Shown here in pieces: positions 9,159 through 17,655 of a DNA stretch of 64,000 nt (position 1 is its first letter; every line of letters begins with the position of its first letter). Location of the stretch: the NCBI GenBank assembly GCA_964487905.1, contig CAZASQ010000001.1:49613-113612 (forward strand), read 5' to 3'. Source of the DNA: an uncultured Prevotella sp. (GTDB lineage: Bacteria; Bacteroidota; Bacteroidia; Bacteroidales; Bacteroidaceae). The position numbers were made by a program, and so were the translations under genes. The notes below the pieces were generated by a model, which searched no databases, was not told the DNA's origin, and saw nothing but the letters and a program-made list of their open reading frames with translations.

Positions 9159-9719
9159 ATGAAAAAGAAGTTTATTTGCACAGTTTGCGGTTATGTTCAT
9201 GAAGGCGACACCGCCCCCGAGAAGTGCCCCATCTGCAAAGCACCAGCCAGCAAGTTCAAAGAGTTGAGCCCCGAGGACGAAACTGAGTTTGCCACCGTTC
9301 ACGAATTGGGCATCGCTTACAAGGACAAAGTGTCTGACCAACTGATTGAGCATTGCAAGATGACCTTCAACGGCGAATGCGCCGAAGTGGGTATGTACTT
9401 GGCCATGGCTCGTCAAGCCGACCGCGAGGGATACCCCGAAATTGCACGCGCTTTCGAGCACTACGCTTACGAGGAAGCCAATCATGCCAGCCGCTACGCA
9501 GAATTGCTTGGAGAAGTGCTGAAAGATACCAAGAGTAATCTTATGGCACGCATGCAAGCAGAGAAAGATGCTTGCGCTGAGAAGTTCGAAGCTGCCAAGA
9601 TGGCCAAAATGGAAGGCTCTGACGCACTGCATGACACCATTCACGAAATGGCCAAAGACGAGGCACGCCACGCCGCAGGCTTTATCGGCTTGTACGAACG
9701 CTACTTCAACAACAAGTAA
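9159..9719 (+). CDS. rbr: Reverse rubrerythrin (N-terminal rubredoxin domain plus C-terminal ferritin-like diiron domain)
   Basis: The N-terminal Cys4 site is CTVCGYV...CPICKAP. It is followed by diiron ExxH helices (EEANHASRYAE, EMAKDEARHAAG). The domain order is reversed relative to classical rubrerythrin. Confidence 0.88.
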   Translation: MKKKFICTVCGYVHEGDTAPEKCPICKAPASKFKELSPEDETEFATVHELGIAYKDKVSDQLIEHCKMTFNGECAEVGMYLAMARQADREGYPEIARAFEHYAYEEANHASRYAELLGEVLKDTKSNLMARMQAEKDACAEKFEAAKMAKMEGSDALHDTIHEMAKDEARHAAGFIGLYERYFNNK

Positions 9720-9769
9720 ACGTCCTCTTACCAGCCGCAGTGTCTCACTACAATGTTGACAACCATTCT

Positions 9770-9814
9770 ATTGCGCCCTATATCCTTAATATATAGGGCG
9801 CAATATTCTTTTTT
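9770..9814 (+). terminator. Strong intrinsic terminator after rbr
   Basis: A perfect 14-bp stem, attgcgccctatat (9770-9783) pairing with atatagggcgcaat (9791-9804), followed by attcTTTTTT. Confidence 0.85.
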
Positions 9815-9938
9815 AAGCCATCTGCACTCAACCTACTAAAACCCTTTGAGATTTTTCTTCTGTTGGCAGAAACGCCGCCCCAACGTTAATAATCCATAAT
9901 TAAGAAGCCATCTGCGCCAACATTACCTCTAAAAGCAC

Positions 9939-9946
9939 TAACTTTG
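9939..9946 (+). promoter_or_regulatory. -7 promoter box (TAACTTTG) for rnpB
   Basis: An exact TAnnTTTG match about 10 nt upstream of the predicted P1 5' strand of RNase P RNA. Confidence 0.6.
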
Positions 9947-9954
9947 CATCATAA

Positions 9955-10390
9955 GAAGGCAGTGTTCCGGCTCTGTCGCTGGTCTCTATCAAGAGGTCAG
10001 AGGAAAGTCCGGGCAGCGTGAGGGTATCCTGCTTCCGAAAATAGAAGCTGCTGGCAACAGTAGGAGACGCAGAAGAAAATAACCGCCACAACCGTGTTAC
10101 GTATTGTCCTCCAACAAGGAAAAACTAACACATTAGGAGTGGTAAGGGTGAGAAGGTGGCGTAAGAGACCACCAGCCGACGGGTGATCGTTCGGGCTGTG
10201 CTATTCAGGAGCTGCAAATTCATGTAAACCACCGACCGAGGTAACCCACCCAAGTTCTCCTCACGGGGATGCGGTGGAGGGTAGAATGCTCGAGCCGACA
10301 GGTGACTGTCGGCGTAGATAAATGACAGGCACTCCACTATTATCGAAAGGTGAGTGGAGAACAGAACCCGGCTTATAGGGACGCTGCTTT
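9955..10390 (+). ncRNA. rnpB: RNase P RNA, bacterial type A (ends approximate, within about 10 nt)
   Basis: It contains the universally conserved GAGGAAAGTCCGGGC (CR-I, about 10000-10014) and ACAGAACCCGGCTTA (CR-V, about 10361-10375). P1 can pair gcagtgttcc (9959-9968) with gggacgctgc (10378-10387), and a T-run follows. The minus-strand ORFs 9900..10091 and 10125..10337 are spurious. Confidence 0.92.
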
Positions 10391-10490
10391 TTTCTTTTCA
10401 CACCGTTCAAGGCAACAAGCCGTTACAAGTACCTTGCGTTTAATACGCGCTCCACGGAATAGCCTTTGACAAGACACTTTACGAAGAGAC

Positions 10491-10913
10491 ATGAAAGATT
10501 TAGCGGAATACGCAACCAACATCAATGATTTCCAGCATCAGATAGAAGCCAAAATACGCGCTCACCAAGCAGATGCGGGATTTCCAAAGTTGGGCAACCT
10601 CTCCGAGGATGAGTTGAGCGATTATCTTTTCGACTACCAAGCCGCACTTGACAGTACTGGCTCTGAGCAAAAGCGATACACAATTGCTGGCATACTCATC
10701 ATCTTGCCAATACTTGTTACTGCAGCATTCCCTGACGACAAGCTACCATTCGAGCATCCCTTGTGGAATCTGCTCATTGCCGTTGGTATTGGCCTCTGCA
10801 TATTTGGCCTATACCATCTACTCTCCTTATTAATTGTAAAGATACGCCTACACAACACGAACAAGGCTTACCCCGAAGCCAAGCGTTATGTTGACGAGGT
10901 ACAAAAATTCTAA
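10491..10913 (+). CDS. Hypothetical membrane protein (two predicted TM helices)
   Basis: 140 aa with a soluble acidic N-terminus followed by two hydrophobic segments (YTIAGILIILPILVTAAF and LLIAVGIGLCIFGLYHLLSLLIV). I recognise no family. Confidence 0.5.
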   Translation: MKDLAEYATNINDFQHQIEAKIRAHQADAGFPKLGNLSEDELSDYLFDYQAALDSTGSEQKRYTIAGILIILPILVTAAFPDDKLPFEHPLWNLLIAVGIGLCIFGLYHLLSLLIVKIRLHNTNKAYPEAKRYVDEVQKF

Positions 10914-10932
10914 TATTTACCCTATTATTCCC

Positions 10933-11340
10933 ATGCAATTACCCAACTTCGAAGAGTATAAAGACAAATTCTCCCAACAGGGATTCATTGACAAAATATC
11001 CCGCATTGCCAAACGTGCGGGAGCAAAATTGGTATACGCCGCTCTTGTCCTTTATTACACCTTACAGAGCGATCAAGTGTCGCTGAAAGACAAAACTGTC
11101 ATCATTGGAGCCTTAGGATACTTAATCTCCCCCCTTGATGTAATCCCCGATGCCGTCCCCATCGCAGGTCTTACCGATGACCTCACCGTACTTATATACG
11201 TTGTCAACAAAGTATGGAACAACGTTGGAGAAGACGTAAAAACCAAGGCAAGGGAAAAGCTCTCCACGTGGTTTGATGAAAACGAGTTGAAAGCAGCAGA
11301 CGAACTTTTCTCCGATAACCCGATGGACAACCCCGTATAA
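10933..11340 (+). CDS. YkvA/DUF1232 family membrane protein
   Basis: I prefer the ATG at 10933. The motif YLISPLDVIPDAVPIAGLTDDL is the DUF1232 signature. Confidence 0.7.
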   Translation: MQLPNFEEYKDKFSQQGFIDKISRIAKRAGAKLVYAALVLYYTLQSDQVSLKDKTVIIGALGYLISPLDVIPDAVPIAGLTDDLTVLIYVVNKVWNNVGEDVKTKAREKLSTWFDENELKAADELFSDNPMDNPV

Positions 11341-11366
11341 GCCTCTTTCCGTAAAGCCACTCATTA

Positions 11367-11582
11367 ATGATTGAGCATATCATCATCGCAATCGTTCTGC
11401 TTGGCGCAATTTCCTATTTAATATATTGCGCCAAGCGTGCGTTTGCCGCATGGAGAAATCCTTGCAAAGGATGTGCAGGATGCTCATTACGTGACCAATT
11501 CACCCAGCAACAGATACGGAAAGTGCATAAAAAGCGGAATTGCGAGATAAAAAGTCCCCAAAAATTTGGTAGAAACAAATAA
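11367..11582 (+). CDS. Small Cys-rich membrane protein (FeoB-associated Cys-rich type)
   Basis: 71 aa with an N-terminal TM helix (IIIAIVLLGAISYLIY) followed by CKGCAGC. This resembles the FeoB-associated Cys-rich family, but no feoB gene is nearby. Confidence 0.5.
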   Translation: MIEHIIIAIVLLGAISYLIYCAKRAFAAWRNPCKGCAGCSLRDQFTQQQIRKVHKKRNCEIKSPQKFGRNK

Positions 11583-11588
11583 AAGCAG

Positions 11589-11596
11589 TACCTTTG
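11589..11596 (+). promoter_or_regulatory. -7 promoter box (TACCTTTG) for tRNA-Cys
   Basis: An exact TAnnTTTG match 21 nt upstream of the tRNA 5' end. Confidence 0.55.
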
Positions 11597-11616
11597 CATC
11601 GCTTTTAAGAAAACAA

Positions 11617-11687
11617 GGTGCCTGGGCCGGGAGGTTAGGTAACGGTCTGCAAAACCGTGTAGAGCAGTTCGATTCTGCTAGGCACCT
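11617..11687 (+). tRNA. tRNA-Cys (anticodon GCA)
   Basis: A 71-nt cloverleaf. The acceptor is ggtgcct/aggcacc and the anticodon arm is acggt-ctGCAaa-accgt. The T arm is agcag-ttcgatt-ctgct, and the discriminator is U73, as expected for Cys. Confidence 0.9.
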
Positions 11688-11692
11688 CATAC

Positions 11693-11728
11693 CAGCGATG
11701 AATTTTTAAAATTCATCGCTGTTTTTTA
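11693..11728 (+). terminator. Intrinsic terminator after tRNA-Cys
   Basis: Hairpin cagcgatgaattt / aattcatcgctg followed by TTTTTT. Confidence 0.8.
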
Positions 11729-11990
11729 TTCCTAATGCTCAACCAAAAGCAAACTATTTACTGCTTAGCCTATATTCAATCAGAACAGACAAAGAGTTTA
11801 AAACCCATAGAAATGTAGCAAAGATTAATTTCTATTATCTCACGCATAACACTCTATCAAACACTTCTACACTCCCATATCTGCGCAAATTAATGTTAAG
11901 CCGTTCCTTTTTTGCAGACGAACGAAAGACATTAACAGAATCCCAATCTATAAAAAAGTACCGAAAAGATTTGTACGCCACCTTTTTTTC

Positions 11991-11998
11991 TAACTTTG
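11991..11998 (+). promoter_or_regulatory. -7 promoter box (TAACTTTG) for the efflux operon
   Basis: An exact TAnnTTTG match 27 nt upstream of the ATG at 12025. It is preceded by an AT-rich 300-bp spacer. Confidence 0.55.
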
Positions 11999-12024
11999 CA
12001 GCAATATATAATAGCGATTAAGTT

Positions 12025-13362
12025 ATGAATAGACTCAAATTAGCATGCATCATAGCCTTCGGCCTATGGATGACCACTCCCATCCTCGCAGAAACACGCA
12101 AGTGGACATTGCAAGAGTGCATTGACTATGCCCTGCAGCACAACATCAAACTGAAACAGAACATCCTGTCCAAACATTCAGCCCACGAGGATTTACTTTT
12201 ATCAAAGGCCGAACTGTTTCCATCACTTACGGCATCAACATCGCAAAACGTAACATACAATCCCTTTCCCGAAAGCGGACGACAGCAAGTAGCCAATGGC
12301 TATGTGGAAATGTCTACTGACAAGGTTTACTACAACGGCTCATACTCCATCAATTTCAACTGGACTATTTGGAATGGAAACCAAAACAGATTGAAAATCA
12401 AACAAAACAAGTTAGCCGAACAACAAGCTGATTTGGATTCAGCCATCACCGCCAACTCCATCCAAGAACAGATTGCACAAATCTACGTGCAAATTCTCTA
12501 CACGAACGAGGCTATCAAGGTAAACAAGCAAAGTCTCGAATGGAGCAAAGCCAACGAACAACGAGGATCAGAAATGCTCAATGCTGGTGTGTTCAGCAAA
12601 TCCGACCTTGCCCAACTCACAGCACAACGAGCCAATGATGAATACAATGTGGTTGCACAAGAGAGTAACTTGCGCAACTACACACGCCAACTGAAACAGA
12701 TTCTTGAACTAACGGATGACAACGACTTTGAGGTTGCCATTCCCCAAGATGTTTTTGGCAATGCACTTGCCGACATTCCCACCCTCCAAAGTATTTACGA
12801 GAGTGCCCTCACATTCCGTCCAGAATTAGAAGCCCAAAGACTATCCATCCAAAGCAGCGAACTGGACGTGAAAATGGCCAAGGCCCAACGGATGCCTACC
12901 CTTTCCATGCAAGGCGGTGTGGCCACCAACGTCACCACCATGAGCAATGCCGCCTATGGCAACCAACTCAAAAACAACCTCGCAGCGTCAGCCGGCATCA
13001 CCATTAGCGTACCAATTTGGGATCAACGACAAACCCGAACCGCCATCAACAAGGCCAATATTGCAATGGAGAACAGCCGACTTGCCCTGCAACAAGAGCA
13101 AACTACGCTCTACTCCACCATTGAGGATTATTGGATTCAAGCCACCAACAACCAAGCCAAATACAAGAGCGCGATTACCAACACTGAAAGCCAGCTAACA
13201 AGCTACGAACTGCTTTCAGAGCAATTCCGCCTTGGCTTGAAGAACATCACAGAACTGCGTGAGGCCAAACAGAATCTGATTACAGCACAACAAAACGAGC
13301 TGCAGAGTAAATACCTCACCTTATATAATATACAAATGTTGCACTTTTACGAAGGAAAATAA
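12025..13362 (+). CDS. TolC-family outer-membrane efflux protein
   Basis: 445 aa with a signal peptide. It shows the duplicated coiled-coil/beta-barrel OEP architecture (LQECIDYALQHN..., repeated LxxAxxxL heptads). Confidence 0.85.
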   Translation: MNRLKLACIIAFGLWMTTPILAETRKWTLQECIDYALQHNIKLKQNILSKHSAHEDLLLSKAELFPSLTASTSQNVTYNPFPESGRQQVANGYVEMSTDKVYYNGSYSINFNWTIWNGNQNRLKIKQNKLAEQQADLDSAITANSIQEQIAQIYVQILYTNEAIKVNKQSLEWSKANEQRGSEMLNAGVFSKSDLAQLTAQRANDEYNVVAQESNLRNYTRQLKQILELTDDNDFEVAIPQDVFGNALADIPTLQSIYESALTFRPELEAQRLSIQSSELDVKMAKAQRMPTLSMQGGVATNVTTMSNAAYGNQLKNNLAASAGITISVPIWDQRQTRTAINKANIAMENSRLALQQEQTTLYSTIEDYWIQATNNQAKYKSAITNTESQLTSYELLSEQFRLGLKNITELREAKQNLITAQQNELQSKYLTLYNIQMLHFYEGK

Positions 13363-13370
13363 AGAGTCAA

Positions 13371-14693
13371 ATGAATATGAAGAAGATTTCAAAAGTGTGG
13401 TATATCCTTGCCACACTAATAACACTTGCAGTAGTCGCCTACTTCGTGACACGAAAGGACACCACAGAAACGGTTTCCTTTGATACCGCAACCGTTGGCG
13501 AAGCCAACATTCAAAACAGCATTACGGCCACAGGAACCATTGAGCCTGTAACGTCTGTAACCGTGGGTACACAGGTGTCTGGCGTGGTCAGCAAACTCCA
13601 TGTGGACTATAACTCCGTTGTCAAAAAAGGCCAAGTGATTGCTGAGCTGGACAAATCCAACCTCATTGCTTCGCTCAATCAAGCCAAAGCTCAATTGGAA
13701 AGCGCACAAGCACAAGTACGTGGAGCAGAGAGCGATGTGCAAAAAGCGCAAGCCGACTATAACAGCGTAAAGGCAAACGTGAACTATCAGCAAAGCAACT
13801 TCAAACGCTATGAGACGCTCTACAAAAAAGGCCTCATCAGTGCAAACGACTTTGAAAATGCCCGTTTGAGCTATCAGCAGGCACAGCAAAGTCTTGCCGC
13901 AAGTGCCCAAGCCGTGACCACAGCCCGTCAAAATGTATCACAAGCATTGGAGATGGTCAAGCAGCAGCGTGAGCAAGTCAAGCAGGCACAAACCAATTTG
14001 GGCTACGCAACCATCACTTCGCCCATAGATGGCGTTGTTCTCTCAAAGAGCGTTGAGGAAGGGCAGACCGTTGCAGCAAGTTTCTCCACCCCAGAATTAT
14101 TCAAGATTGCAAAAGACCTGACCAACATGCAGGTGGTTGCAGACGTGGATGAGGCCGACATTGGCGAAGTGAAAGCCGGTGAGCGCGTCACTTTCACCGT
14201 TGATGCCTACCCCGATGACACATTCCAAGGCACAGTTACCCAAGTGCGCCAAGAAGCCACAACCACCAACAACGTTGTCACTTACGAAGTTGTTATCAGT
14301 GCGCCCAACGCCGACTTGAAGCTGAAGCCCGGACTTACGGCCAATGTCACCATCTATACGCAAGAGCGCAGCGGCGTGCTGAGCGTGCCAAGCAAGGCTC
14401 TCCGCTTCGAACCGACCGCCGAAACCGTGGGCAAGCAATACAAAATCCAAGATGTCAGCAATGCCAAAAACAAGGTTTGGACTTTGGAAGGCAACATCCT
14501 CAAAGCCCACCGCGTAAGCATTGGCATGACAGACGGCACGCACACCCAAATACTTTCTGGCATAAAGGCCGGGAAAAAGATTATCACTGGCATACAAGTC
14601 ACAACGAACGAGGAAGAGGAAACAGCCGCTAACGAAGAGCGCAGCCCGTTTGCCCCCGGCCCAAGACGTGATAACAAGAAAAGCAAGCCATAA
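13371..14693 (+). CDS. Efflux periplasmic adaptor (HlyD/MacA family)
   Basis: It has an N-terminal TM anchor, a lipoyl-like motif (GTIEPVTSVTVGTQVSGVV...V.KGQVIAELD), a long alpha-hairpin, and ITSPIDGVV. Confidence 0.85.
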   Translation: MNMKKISKVWYILATLITLAVVAYFVTRKDTTETVSFDTATVGEANIQNSITATGTIEPVTSVTVGTQVSGVVSKLHVDYNSVVKKGQVIAELDKSNLIASLNQAKAQLESAQAQVRGAESDVQKAQADYNSVKANVNYQQSNFKRYETLYKKGLISANDFENARLSYQQAQQSLAASAQAVTTARQNVSQALEMVKQQREQVKQAQTNLGYATITSPIDGVVLSKSVEEGQTVAASFSTPELFKIAKDLTNMQVVADVDEADIGEVKAGERVTFTVDAYPDDTFQGTVTQVRQEATTTNNVVTYEVVISAPNADLKLKPGLTANVTIYTQERSGVLSVPSKALRFEPTAETVGKQYKIQDVSNAKNKVWTLEGNILKAHRVSIGMTDGTHTQILSGIKAGKKIITGIQVTTNEEEETAANEERSPFAPGPRRDNKKSKP

Positions 14694-15445
14694 TGGAAGA
14701 GAAGAAAGTAGTTATTGAGCTGAGCGATGTCAAACGCGACTTCCTTGTGGGAGAAGAGACCGTACACGCACTGCGCGGGGTTTCCTTCAAGATTTACGAG
14801 GGCGAGTTTGTCACCATCATGGGCAAATCTGGCTCTGGAAAATCCACGTTGCTCAACCAGTTGGGCTGTCTTGACACCCCAACAAGTGGCAAATACCTCC
14901 TTGATGGCGTAGCCGTGCGCAGCATGACAAAGTCACAACGTGCCATACTGCGTAACCGAAAGATTGGTTTTATCTTCCAAAGCTACAACCTCTTGCCCAA
15001 GACAACAAGCGTGGAAAACGTGGAACTACCCTTGATGTACAATCCCAGCATTAGCGCAGAAGAGCGTTTTGAACGTGCCGTTACCGCGCTCAAAGCCGTA
15101 GGGTTGGGCGAAAGACTCTACCACAAGTCAAACCAAATGTCGGGAGGACAGATGCAACGCGTGGCCATAGCCCGCGCCTTGGTCAACAATCCTGCCGTTA
15201 TCCTTGCCGATGAGGCTACCGGAAATCTGGACACGCGCACCTCTTTCGAGATATTGGTACTCTTCCAAAAACTCCATGCGGAGGGACGCACCATCATTTT
15301 CGTAACCCACAACCCCGACATCGCCCACTACGCAAGCCGCAACATCGAACTGCGCGATGGGCGCATCATCCGCGATGAGGTAAACCAGCATATTCTCAGC
15401 GCGGCAGAGGGACTTTCCGCCTTGCCAGAGAACACGGACGAATAG
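14693..15445 (+). CDS. ABC transporter ATP-binding protein (MacB/LolD type)
   Basis: Walker A GKSGSGKST, signature MSGGQMQRVAIARAL, Walker B ILADEATGNLD. The start overlaps the preceding stop (TAATG). Confidence 0.92.
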   Translation: MEEKKVVIELSDVKRDFLVGEETVHALRGVSFKIYEGEFVTIMGKSGSGKSTLLNQLGCLDTPTSGKYLLDGVAVRSMTKSQRAILRNRKIGFIFQSYNLLPKTTSVENVELPLMYNPSISAEERFERAVTALKAVGLGERLYHKSNQMSGGQMQRVAIARALVNNPAVILADEATGNLDTRTSFEILVLFQKLHAEGRTIIFVTHNPDIAHYASRNIELRDGRIIRDEVNQHILSAAEGLSALPENTDE

Positions 15446-15472
15446 TTTTAAACGCACTAAAAGCAAAGGTAA

Positions 15473-16711
15473 ATGAACATCAGCAACCTTTTCAAAATAG
15501 CCTTGCGCGCCATTGCGGCCAACAAGACACGCTCGTTTCTCACTGCGCTGGGCATCATCATCGGCATTGCGTCCGTGATTACAATGCTTGCCGTGGGACA
15601 AGGAACAAAGAAGAGCATACAAAGCAACATATCGGAAATGGGGTCGAACATGATCATGATTAGCCCCGGAGCCGATATGCGGGGCGGTGTGCGTCAAGAT
15701 GCCTCCTCCATGGAGACGCTGAAACTCACCGACTATCAGTCGCTGAAAGAAGAATGCCACTACATCAAGGCCATCACCCCGCTTGTACAAAGCTCCGGCC
15801 AGTTCATCTATGGCAACAACAACACACCCTCGTCTATCTATGGAGCCAATCAAGACTACCTGAACATACGCCAAGTATCTGTGGCAGAAGGTGAGATGTT
15901 CACCGATGCCGACATTAAGGCAAGCGCAAAGGTATGTCTGCTTGGCCAAACGGTGGTGGACAATCTCTTCCCCGATGGTGCCGACCCCATCGGAAAGGTG
16001 GTTCGCTTCAACTCCATTCCCTTCCGCGTCATCGGAGTAATGAAGAAAAAAGGATACAACTCCATGGGTATGGATCAAGACGACTATGTACTTGCGCCTT
16101 ACACCTCGGTAATGAAGCGAATACTCGCACAAGACTACCTGCACCAAATCATTGCTTCCGCCGTGATAGAGGGGGTTACGGAGCAGGCCACAGCGGAAAT
16201 GACAACGATTCTGCGCCGGACACACAAGCTGAAAGAAGCCACCAATGAGAATACTGGCGATGATGACGACTTCAACATCCGCTCGCAAGAAGAACTGGCC
16301 AACATGATGAACTCCACCACGGGCATGCTCACCGTGCTGCTGGGCTGCGTAGCCGGCATCTCGCTCATCGTTGGTGGCATTGGCATCATGAACATCATGT
16401 ACGTAAGTGTCACGGAGCGCACGCGAGAGATAGGCTTGCGCATGAGCGTTGGAGCGCGCGGCATAGACATTCTCAACCAGTTCCTCATTGAGGCCGTCCT
16501 GCTCAGTGTCACGGGAGGCATCATCGGTGTACTGTTGGGCGTGAGCGCCTCATACGCCGTGAAACTATTGGCCCACTGGCCCATCTCCATCGAACCCTGG
16601 ACCATCATCATGAGTTTCGCCGTCTGTACGCTCACGGGCGTGTTCTTCGGCTGGTATCCTGCAAAGAAAGCCGCCCGTCTCGACCCCATTGAGGCTATCC
16701 GCTACGAATAG
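15473..16711 (+). CDS. ABC transporter permease (MacB-type FtsX fold with a large periplasmic domain)
   Basis: 412 aa with TM1, a periplasmic domain of about 220 aa, and three C-terminal TM helices. The conserved ERTREIG and PAxKAA..DPIEALRYE motifs are present. Confidence 0.9.
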   Translation: MNISNLFKIALRAIAANKTRSFLTALGIIIGIASVITMLAVGQGTKKSIQSNISEMGSNMIMISPGADMRGGVRQDASSMETLKLTDYQSLKEECHYIKAITPLVQSSGQFIYGNNNTPSSIYGANQDYLNIRQVSVAEGEMFTDADIKASAKVCLLGQTVVDNLFPDGADPIGKVVRFNSIPFRVIGVMKKKGYNSMGMDQDDYVLAPYTSVMKRILAQDYLHQIIASAVIEGVTEQATAEMTTILRRTHKLKEATNENTGDDDDFNIRSQEELANMMNSTTGMLTVLLGCVAGISLIVGGIGIMNIMYVSVTERTREIGLRMSVGARGIDILNQFLIEAVLLSVTGGIIGVLLGVSASYAVKLLAHWPISIEPWTIIMSFAVCTLTGVFFGWYPAKKAARLDPIEAIRYE

Positions 16712-16744
16712 GCAAAATCTCAATAGACTAAATATACAAAAAAA

Positions 16745-16808
16745 GAACGCCCGGCAAGCTTGGCGCAGATTCAAGGTTCTGCCTTCGCCTTGTCGGGCGT
16801 TCCTTTTT
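16745..16808 (+). terminator. Putative terminator hairpin after the efflux operon (long loop)
   Basis: Arms gaacgcccggcaag (16745-16758) and cttgtcgggcgttc (16789-16802) form 14 bp with one G-T pair, followed by cTTTTTg. Confidence 0.5.
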
Positions 16809-16901
16809 GCCTTCTCTTTCTTCCCCTCCATCCGTATCTACTTCAATAGACACACTGGGCAACCACACACTTCTTCAACCACTTAATTATCAATGGATTA
16901 A

Positions 16902-16983
16902 GAAAAGGTATGGTTTTATCCTCCAAAACCATACCTTTTGCACGGCAAAAGAGCCGCTATGAGACTGCAAAACGTAACCTTTA
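16902..16983. repeat. Copy 2 of the 22-bp-periodic intergenic repeat (4 units; the first two form a perfect 15-bp hairpin)
   Basis: Unit starts fall at 16902, 16924, 16946 and 16968, exactly 22 bp apart. aaaaggtatggtttt (16903-16917) is the reverse complement of aaaaccatacctttt (16925-16939). The last unit overlaps the stop codon of the HAD gene. Confidence 0.85.
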
Positions 16984-17655
16984 AGGATACAAAATCTCCT
17001 CCGGCCGTTCCACAAAGCACGAAGCACCATGTCCAAGGAGGAAATCCCTATCGCGAAATCCCCACAATACGCTGATACAGGGTATCCCTACGTTGCGCGC
17101 GGTCTGTACATCCACCTCGCTGTCGCCGATGTACACCGCCCCATCTTTTCCCACCCCCATCTGCCGCATAGCCTCCAGCACCGTGTCGGGCGCAGGCTTT
17201 TTGCGAATGTCTTCACGCTCGCCAATAGCTACCTCCACGGTATCGAAAAAGAAATGACGCGCCAACTCCTGCGTGGCCGCATAAAACTTGTTGCTCACGA
17301 TGGCCACCCGCTTGCCCCGACAACGCAATTCGCGAAGCAAAGCCGCAATGCCGGGATAAGGCGATGTGGTGTCAAGGCTGTGTTGCAGATAATGCTCACG
17401 GAACGTGGCAAAGGTTTCCTCAAACTCAGGATTGTCCAATCCTTGGGGAACAGCACGCTCCATGAGTTTCTTCACTCCGTTGCCAACAAACATTCTCACC
17501 TCCTCCGTGGTGCGTTCTGGCAAACCATGCGCGCGCAAAGCGTAATTAGTGCTGGCAGCAAGGTCTGCAAGCGTGTTGAGCAACGTGCCATCCAAATCAA
17601 AAATATATGTCTGATACTCTTTCATTTTCCCTTTATAACAGTATTTATCTTCCAC
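16981..17655 (-). CDS. HAD-superfamily hydrolase (phosphoglycolate phosphatase-like)
   Basis: Motif I is FDLDGTLLNT, followed by VSNK and GDSEVD motifs. The start overlaps the end of the upstream glucanotransferase gene by 11 nt. Confidence 0.8.
   Translation of the reverse strand: MEDKYCYKGKMKEYQTYIFDLDGTLLNTLADLAASTNYALRAHGLPERTTEEVRMFVGNGVKKLMERAVPQGLDNPEFEETFATFREHYLQHSLDTTSPYPGIAALLRELRCRGKRVAIVSNKFYAATQELARHFFFDTVEVAIGEREDIRKKPAPDTVLEAMRQMGVGKDGAVYIGDSEVDVQTARNVGIPCISVLWGFRDRDFLLGHGASCFVERPEEILYP

Noticed and set aside
9900-10337. Minus-strand ORFs 9900..10091 and 10125..10337
   Set aside because: They lie entirely inside the RNase P RNA gene, which is identified by its CR-I and CR-V motifs and its P1 pairing on the plus strand.
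6389-12024. A genomic island or integrated element next to tRNA-Pro or tRNA-Cys
   Set aside because: I looked for an integrase or recombinase gene and for direct repeats of the tRNA 3' ends downstream and found none. The neighbouring genes (deacylase, Fur/rubrerythrin, rnpB, small membrane proteins) are ordinary chromosomal genes.
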